DNA of 4,219 nt. Origin: a virus. Its lineage: Duplodnaviria; Heunggongvirae; Uroviricota; Caudoviricetes. Made by a program: the position numbers and the translations under genes. The stretch lies in IMG/VR virus record IMGVR_UViG_2693429700_000012; one strand, 5' to 3'. This document shows, piece after piece, positions 1 to 4,219 of this stretch (positions are counted from its first letter, which is position 1; every line of letters starts with the position of its first letter). Under the pieces are notes generated by a model that worked only from the letters and a program-made list of their open reading frames with translations, was not told where the DNA came from and did not search any database.

Positions 1-128
1 GGGAAGGCTGGGCCATACTCCTCCGGCAGAAGCAGAAAAAGCTTATTATGCTTCCATCGGAAACGATGATCTGGCAGCCTGAGTTCACAGATAAAACACT
101 CTCCAGGAAACCCGGGGCGGTTCATTAA
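1..128 (+). CDS. 3' end of an upstream nin-region gene (partial, product not recognised)
   Basis: Reading frame 3 is open from the window edge to a TAA at 126-128 (tail ...LPSETMIWQPEFTDKTLSRKPGAVH). The other two + frames carry stops before position 95. No start codon lies in the window, so this is only a C-terminal fragment. Confidence 0.3.
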   Translation, partial: EGWAILLRQKQKKLIMLPSETMIWQPEFTDKTLSRKPGAVH

Positions 129-145
129 GTGATTTTGAAATTAAC

Positions 146-469
146 GTGGCGGTATTCGAAGCCATTCATAACGGATCGCCGGATTACAAAGAAGGTGAGA
201 ATGGCGATATGGTGTTTGTCTCATTTGAGGGAGACATTGTAAACGGAGACGCAGTTGAAGTAGAAGTTGAGCGCGGATCCTTTAACCCATGCGCAAACCC
301 AGCAGACTCATGGCCGATTATTGAAAAATACAGGATTAGCATTATCAATCTCGATGAAGACGAGTGGGGTGCACGCGGTGTGGCCTACTGTAAATCTAAG
401 CGAGCTATACATGAAAATCCCCTTCGCGCCGCCATGATTGTCTTTCTCATGATGCAGAGAATCCAATAA
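146..469 (+). CDS. hypothetical phage nin-region protein (start uncertain: GTG 146 or ATG 209)
   Basis: 107-codon ORF from the supplied track. It starts at GTG 146 with no obvious Shine-Dalgarno; an in-frame ATG at 209 is preceded by GAAGGTGAG about 10 nt upstream and may be the real start. Its TAA stop (467-469) overlaps the ninF ATG (TAATG). I do not recognise the family. Confidence 0.5.
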   Translation: MAVFEAIHNGSPDYKEGENGDMVFVSFEGDIVNGDAVEVEVERGSFNPCANPADSWPIIEKYRISIINLDEDEWGARGVAYCKSKRAIHENPLRAAMIVFLMMQRIQ

Positions 470-645
470 TGCTTAGCCCATCCCAATCCCTTCAATACCA
501 GAAAGAAAGCGTCGAGCGAGCTTTAACGTGCGCTAACTGCGGTCAGAAGCTGCATGTGCTGGAAGTTCACGTGTGTGAGCACTGCTGTGCAGAACTGATG
601 AGCGATCCGAATAGCTCAATGTACGAGGAAGAAGACGATGAGTGA
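469..645 (+). CDS. ninF: NinF-like small protein (58 aa) with paired-Cys motif
   Basis: Not in the supplied ORF track (probably below its length cutoff). Own translation from ATG 469 gives MLSPSQSLQYQKESVERALTCANCGQKLHVLEVHVCEHCCAELMSDPNSSMYEEEDDE, stop TGA 643-645. This matches my recollection of lambda NinF almost residue for residue, including the CxxC...CxxCC cysteines. It overlaps the neighbouring genes at both ends. Confidence 0.75.
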   Translation: MLSPSQSLQYQKESVERALTCANCGQKLHVLEVHVCEHCCAELMSDPNSSMYEEEDDE

Positions 646-850
646 TTACCTGAAATGGTATCTCTGCCACCGCTGGCTAATTAAGTTTGCTGTAAAAGAC
701 TGGATGACAGCGGATGCCAACAAACTTAAGCAAAGAAAGGACTATTACTACGCCAGAATGAAGGAAAACTACTGCTCAATTCGCACTCGCATATTTATTA
801 AAAAAGACCTTCAGTCAATTCTTCAATTGCGAGGGAAGGTAAATGGCTAA
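638..850 (+). CDS. hypothetical small phage protein (70 aa)
   Basis: ORF in the same orientation, overlapping ninF at its start (ATGAGTGA, 638-645) and ybcO at its end (ATGGCTAA, 843-850). Basic, Lys/Arg/Tyr-rich product. No family recognised. Confidence 0.5.
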   Translation: MSDYLKWYLCHRWLIKFAVKDWMTADANKLKQRKDYYYARMKENYCSIRTRIFIKKDLQSILQLRGKVNG

Positions 851-1133
851 CCTACGCAAAGAAGCGCGCGGCAGAGAATGCCAGGTACGTATTTACGGCG
901 TATGCAATGGCAATCCTGAAACTACAGTTCTGGCACATTACCGGATGGCTGGAATTTGTGGAACGGGGATGAAGCCTGACGACCTGATCGGCGCATGGGC
1001 TTGTAGTGACTGCCACGCGGAGATCGACCGACGCACAAGGATTCTCGACAACAAAGACACCAGACTTTACCACCTCGAAGGCGTGATCAGGACGCAGGCG
1101 ATACTGCTGAAGGAGGGGAAGATTAAGTCATGA
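843..1133 (+). CDS. ybcO: YbcO-like protein (DUF1364 family, Cys/His-rich putative metal-binding nuclease) at the ninG position
   Basis: 96 aa, the same length as E. coli DLP12 YbcO. The N-terminus MANLRKEARGRECQVRIYGVCNGNPETTVLAH and the ACSDCHAEIDRRT segment match my recollection of YbcO. Conserved Cys/His positions are C13, C21, C39, C54, C57, H58. Its stop overlaps the rusA start (ATGA at 1130-1133). Confidence 0.8.
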   Translation: MANLRKEARGRECQVRIYGVCNGNPETTVLAHYRMAGICGTGMKPDDLIGAWACSDCHAEIDRRTRILDNKDTRLYHLEGVIRTQAILLKEGKIKS

Positions 1134-1492
1134 ACGAATATCAGTTTGTGCTTCCATACCCGCCGTCGGTGAATACCTACTGGCGAAGACGGGGAAGCCA
1201 ATACTACATCAGCGATAAAGGCCAGAAATACCGAAAAGACGTTCAGCAAATCATCCACCAACTCAAGTTAGATATTTTCACCAAATCACGACTCCGCATC
1301 AAAGTAATCGCAGACGTTCCAGACTCCCGCCGCCGCGACCTAGATAACATCCTGAAGGGTTTACTCGACTCCCTTATCCATGCCGGATTTGCGGAAGACG
1401 ACGAGCAATTCGATGACATTCGCGTAATTCGTGGTGTGAAAGTACCAGGCGGACGGCTTGGAATAAAAATCACCGAACTGGAGAACGCATGA
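1130..1492 (+). CDS. rusA: Holliday junction resolvase RusA
   Basis: 120 aa, the same length as E. coli RusA. Conserved blocks are LPYPPSVNTYW (cf. LPWPPSNNRYY), PDSRRRDLDN carrying the catalytic Asp pair, AGF..DD and GGRL..ITE. Synteny ybcO-rusA matches DLP12-type prophages. Confidence 0.85.
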   Translation: MNEYQFVLPYPPSVNTYWRRRGSQYYISDKGQKYRKDVQQIIHQLKLDIFTKSRLRIKVIADVPDSRRRDLDNILKGLLDSLIHAGFAEDDEQFDDIRVIRGVKVPGGRLGIKITELENA

Positions 1493-1677
1493 ACGCCACA
1501 ATTCAAACGATACCAGAGCTTCTTATCCAGACACGAGGCAATCAGACCGAAGTGGCGAGGATGCTTTCCTGCGCAAGAGGAACAGTGCTCAAGTACAACC
1601 GAGACAGCAAAGGCGAGCGTCATGTAATAGTTAACGGCGTCCTGATGGTCAAACAGGGCAAGAGGGGAAGACGATGA
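1489..1677 (+). CDS. ninH: NinH-like small DNA-binding protein
   Basis: 62 aa. The core TIPELLIQTRGNQTEVARMLSCARGTVLKY...HVIVNGVLMV matches remembered lambda NinH (TIPDMLVEAYGNQTEVARRLKCSRGTVRKY...HAIVNDVLMV). ATGA start/stop overlap with rusA at 1489-1492. Confidence 0.75.
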   Translation: MNATIQTIPELLIQTRGNQTEVARMLSCARGTVLKYNRDSKGERHVIVNGVLMVKQGKRGRR

Positions 1678-1763
1678 GACTCGAAAGCGTAGCTAAATTT
1701 CATTCGCCAAAAAGCCCGATGATGAGCGACTCACTACTGGCCACAGTTTATTGGTTTTCGTAA
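1674..1763 (+). pseudogene. 5' remnant of a lambda-type antiterminator Q gene (first ~20 codons conserved, then divergent and terminated)
   Basis: ATG 1674 overlaps the ninH stop (ATGA). Translation is MRLESVAKFHSPKSPMMSDS LLATVYWFS*. The first 20 residues equal the N-terminus of lambda Q as I recall it (MRLESVAKFHSPKSPMMSDSPRATA...). Similarity decays by about 1747 and the sequence then turns abruptly AT-rich. Confidence 0.55.
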
Positions 1764-1805
1764 CTGAGTCATTTTATTATTTTATTGCAACTTTTAATCT
1801 TTTAT

Positions 1806-1855
1806 AGTGCGAAATAAATGGAGCTGGCATTCATTTCGCACTTTATGTTTTTGTT
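1806..1855 (+). terminator. candidate rho-independent terminator for rightward nin transcription
   Basis: Inverted repeat AGTGCGAAATAAATG (1806-1820), loop GAGCTGG, CATTCATTTCGCACT (1828-1842): 14 of 15 bp pair. It is followed by the T-rich run TTATGTTTTTGTT. On the - strand the hairpin is followed by an A-rich run, so it is mainly a + strand terminator. Confidence 0.4.
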
Positions 1856-1888
1856 GGACTTATGTTATTTTGATTGAATTCAATTCAG

Positions 1889-2848
1889 TTAAAAAAAGAA
1901 GGTGATTGCTCCATTTATAAATGAATAGTCATCCCCTGTCTTGAATTCTGATGTTACTTTATTAAATGCTAGTGTGAAGGCTACAGGTGCATACCCAATT
2001 GTTGCGCCAACTTGATATTCATCAACAGTTTTGTTTAGCGATACTGTTGTTTGTTTCGTCTGTATTGTTTTTCCTTCGAGAGTATAGTTGCGATTGACAT
2101 CTCGTCTTTCCATACCTGCAAAAATCTTGTATTTGAATCCGCTTGTATCGGACATATGCATTAAACCACGGGGAGCCAGCAGACCAAAGCCATTATCCGA
2201 ATTGAAGGTTTTATCATTACCAATGGCAATGGTTGCGCCATATGCTACATATTGAAATAAGTTTCCAGTAACAGCAGAAACTTCAGGGTATAATCCAACA
2301 TTAGCACCTAAAATATCCATACTTGGTGTCATGGATAGCATCCCTTTTACAGTATAACCGTAGCGATTCTCTATTTGATCATCCCATGCATGATATTTTT
2401 CTGCCCCAATAATCTCATGAGCTTTATTTTGTACTTTCTGACCGCCTGCGTCGGGGCCAACAACACCTATGTCAGTACCTAATCGATAGCGAATCCAGTC
2501 ATTCGCAAGGGAGTTCCATTCAATACCAGTGTGAGTGTATGCACTAAAAGCTCTGTCTCCAGTTACAGCTGTGTTGTGTCTTTTATTACTGCCTGATGGA
2601 GAGTAAATATCTTGCGCAATATGGAGAGATAATTGGCTCGAGTCTGAGATATCGTGGCTATATCCCAGAAATAAGCCTTGTGAGTAATCATCTCTGTTTT
2701 CATGTTTATTGCCATAAATATCATTAAGTATTGGTTGAAACTTCCCTGCATCATCATTTGCTAATGATAATGCAAGGCTGTTCGCGATAGCTGAACACGT
2801 GGTAAATGACAGAGCAATAAAGACGCCAGCGATGACACTTTTTTTCAT
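1889..2848 (-). CDS. lpxR: outer-membrane lipid A 3'-O-deacylase LpxR family protein (prophage moron)
   Basis: 319 aa. N-terminal signal peptide MKKSVIAGVFIALSFTTCSAIA; C-terminus ends ...NGAITFFF, typical of a beta-barrel outer-membrane protein. With a 22-residue signal peptide the mature protein has N9, D10, S34 and H122 (precursor N31, D32, S56, H144), the positions I recall as the LpxR active site, and the mature length (~296-297 aa) agrees. Good SD AAGGAAG 8-9 nt upstream of the ATG. Lower GC than the flanking nin genes. Confidence 0.8.
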   Translation of the reverse strand: MKKSVIAGVFIALSFTTCSAIANSLALSLANDDAGKFQPILNDIYGNKHENRDDYSQGLFLGYSHDISDSSQLSLHIAQDIYSPSGSNKRHNTAVTGDRAFSAYTHTGIEWNSLANDWIRYRLGTDIGVVGPDAGGQKVQNKAHEIIGAEKYHAWDDQIENRYGYTVKGMLSMTPSMDILGANVGLYPEVSAVTGNLFQYVAYGATIAIGNDKTFNSDNGFGLLAPRGLMHMSDTSGFKYKIFAGMERRDVNRNYTLEGKTIQTKQTTVSLNKTVDEYQVGATIGYAPVAFTLAFNKVTSEFKTGDDYSFINGAITFFF

Positions 2849-2884
2849 ATGTTATTGTCTTCCTTTTTTTTGAATGGTGCGCGT

Positions 2885-2912
2885 ATTTTACATACATGAG
2901 TTTGTAATACAA
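2885..2912 (-). promoter_or_regulatory. candidate sigma70 promoter for lpxR (TTGTAT-16 nt-TAAAAT on - strand)
   Basis: On the - strand, TTGTAT (complement of 2907-2912), a 16-nt spacer, then TAAAAT (complement of 2885-2890), about 35 nt upstream of the lpxR ATG. Found by eye in an AT-rich region where such matches occur by chance. Confidence 0.2.
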
Positions 2913-3323
2913 GGTGCGTAATCAATATGATGTTTTATAATTGCGTGAGACAATTGATTTATTCGTTTTTTATTGCGGTTTTTATTATCTTTTAATGTAA
3001 CGGTGTTTTTATTAAGTGTGTTTGCGTGGTGTTTTATGTTTTTTATAATTTTTATTTTATTAAATTTAAAAGCATTAGTAATGGCTATTCTATATAGCAA
3101 TATAAGAACTGTTACAAAAAAAGGGGGGGCAATTACAGGTAGTTATGGATGATGAGTGAAACAGATATTGGAGAACCGGGGAATGAATGATGTCTGAGTC
3201 TTATATATCAGAACTCCTTCGCTGTCGCTGGGGGCTCCTGTGCTTATGTCGTTTCCCCGATTCGGTTTTGAACGATTACCGAATGTTGAAGAATTATGCC
3301 AAAATATAGAAAGGATTTACTGC

Positions 3324-4013
3324 ATGAATACCCAATATTTACAGTATGTTCGTGAGCAACTTATGGCAGCTACTGCTGACTTGAACGGAGCAACGAAAGG
3401 CCAGCTCGAAGCCTGGCAGGAGCATGCACAATTTGATACTGGTACATACAAACGAAAGAAGCCGCGCATTCTGGATGTGGTAACTGGCAAGATGATTACG
3501 CTGGATAATACGCCGACTTCCGGTAAGCAGTCGTACGCAAAAGGTTCATCCATTGCTTTGGTCAGCCCGGTTGAATTCTCAACCTCTTCATGGCGCCGCG
3601 CGGTTTTGTCTCTCGATGAACATCAGAAAGCATGGTTGCTTTGGTGTTACAGCGAAAGCGTTCGATGGGGGCATCAGGTCACCATAACGCAATGGGCATG
3701 GAGCGAGTTTAAAGATTTGTTAAGTAACAGAAAAATTGCAGGTAAGACACTGGATCGCCTGAAGACGTTAATCTGGCTGGCTGCACAGGATGTGAAGAGC
3801 GAACTTGCAGGGCGTGAGGCCTATGAATACCAGACACTGGCATCATTGGTGGGAGTGACAACAAAAAACTGGTCCGAGACATTTACTGAACGCTGGGTTG
3901 CAATGAAGCACATTTTTCTACAGCTTGATAGTGATGCTTTATTGCTTGTGACGAGAACACGTTCAAAACAAAAGGCAGCATTTTTACAGCAAAATATTGC
4001 AAAACTGGATTAA
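3324..4013 (+). CDS. putative late-gene antiterminator Q, non-lambda type (possibly phage 82/QuuQ-like); start may instead be 3240 or 3246
   Basis: Long ORF 3240-4013 in the track. I favour ATG 3324 (229 aa) because it has SD AAGGA 8 nt upstream and the 3240-3323 stretch is full of rare codons (CGA x2, ATA, AGG). The identification is by position: last gene of the nin/early-right operon, directly followed by a promoter and terminator pair, with a lambda-Q remnant upstream. The C-terminal region has an HTH-like segment (YQTLASLVGVTTKNWSE). I do not recall a matching sequence. Confidence 0.5.
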   Translation: MNTQYLQYVREQLMAATADLNGATKGQLEAWQEHAQFDTGTYKRKKPRILDVVTGKMITLDNTPTSGKQSYAKGSSIALVSPVEFSTSSWRRAVLSLDEHQKAWLLWCYSESVRWGHQVTITQWAWSEFKDLLSNRKIAGKTLDRLKTLIWLAAQDVKSELAGREAYEYQTLASLVGVTTKNWSETFTERWVAMKHIFLQLDSDALLLVTRTRSKQKAAFLQQNIAKLD

Positions 4014-4025
4014 AAGCCATATACT
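3997..4025 (+). promoter_or_regulatory. candidate late promoter (pR'-like): TTGCAA-17 nt-TATACT
   Basis: -35 TTGCAA (3997-4002), 17-nt spacer, -10 TATACT (4020-4025), overlapping the Q stop codon (4011-4013). Predicted start site near 4032. The first ~25 transcribed nt contain -10-like elements (TATGTT, TAAAAAAT), as expected for sigma-dependent pause sites at Q-dependent promoters. Confidence 0.4.
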
Positions 4026-4058
4026 TCATGCAAATTTGGTATGTTGTAAAAAATGTAT

Positions 4059-4085
4059 AAACCCGCTGCCGAGTGGGTTTTTTTT
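4059..4085 (+). terminator. candidate intrinsic terminator (tR'-like) about 30-50 nt downstream of the late promoter
   Basis: AAACCCGC (4059-4066), loop TGCCGA, GTGGGTTT (stem includes one G-U pair), followed by a run of 8 T (4078-4085). With the promoter above it would give a ~50-nt terminated transcript unless antiterminated. Confidence 0.45.
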
Positions 4086-4219
4086 ATGCCCTGAGTTGTA
4101 CTTGTACGGTAAACATGCTGGCTGCTATGTAATAGAGTTTTTTTAGCCTGTAACCTCTTGACGGCATTGAATTGCTTTTGTTATGAGTTGTAAGCCAATG
4201 TTATCATCTTGTATTGGGG

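Noticed and set aside
852-1623. Three - strand ORFs (852-1073, 1067-1261, 1243-1623) from the track
   Set aside because: They lie wholly antisense to the well-supported ybcO, rusA and ninH genes. Their products are low-complexity and Ser/Arg/Cys-rich, and they have no convincing starts. They look like shadow ORFs of the + strand genes.
1489-1677. The 62-aa ORF as a Cro/CI-type repressor or part of a toxin-antitoxin pair
   Set aside because: The sequence matches the NinH small nin-region protein much better, and its position, coupled after rusA and before Q, fits NinH.
1873-1884. 12-bp palindrome ATTGAATTCAAT next to the lpxR stop as an lpxR terminator
   Set aside because: It is short and AT-only, so a stable hairpin is unlikely, and there is no flanking U-run on the - strand. 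It is probably incidental and contains an EcoRI site.
2563-2757. 64-codon - strand ORF nested inside lpxR in another frame
   Set aside because: It is entirely contained within the lpxR coding region in a different frame and has no independent support.
2888-3100. 70-codon - strand ORF in the AT-rich intergenic region
   Set aside because: The product is Lys/Asn/Ile-rich and low-complexity, as expected from translating AT-rich DNA. It has no Shine-Dalgarno and overlaps the likely lpxR promoter region.
3187-3309. 40-codon + strand ORF (MMSESYISELLRCRWG...) just upstream of the Q start
   Set aside because: It has no clear Shine-Dalgarno, uses rare codons, and overlaps the alternative long start of Q. 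It could be a leader peptide, but I cannot support it from sequence alone.
3317-3553. 78-codon - strand ORF inside the Q candidate
   Set aside because: It is antisense to a longer, better-supported ORF. No start context is evident.
4086-4219. Possible tRNA genes downstream of Q, as seen in some lambdoid prophages
   Set aside because: I found no T-loop-like GTTCGAATC or GTTCAAATC motif and no cloverleaf-compatible segment in the remaining 130 nt.
1-4219. CRISPR array, tandem repeats or IS/transposon ends
   Set aside because: I found no direct repeats with regular spacing, no terminal inverted repeats and no transposase-like ORF. The only repeats are short hairpins and palindromes.

Overview
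This window reads as a lambda-like (lambdoid) prophage segment from an enterobacterial genome, not a novel system. From left to right it holds: the right end of the nin region on the + strand (a partial upstream gene, a hypothetical ORF, ninF, a small ORF, ybcO/DUF1364-like, rusA, ninH) with almost every gene overlapping the next at start/stop; a 29-codon 5' remnant of a lambda-type Q gene; an AT-rich moron carrying an LpxR-like outer-membrane lipid A 3'-O-deacylase on the - strand; a ~390 bp very AT-rich intergenic region; and a second, non-lambda-type candidate late antiterminator Q followed by a pR'-like promoter and a short-transcript intrinsic terminator. The most interesting signals are the mosaic junction where the lpxR-Q cassette appears to have replaced an ancestral lambda-type Q, and the antisense-oriented lpxR moron itself. 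I found no CRISPR array, tRNA, IS element or recognisable defence system. All protein identifications rest on my recollection of family sequences and motifs, not on a database search.
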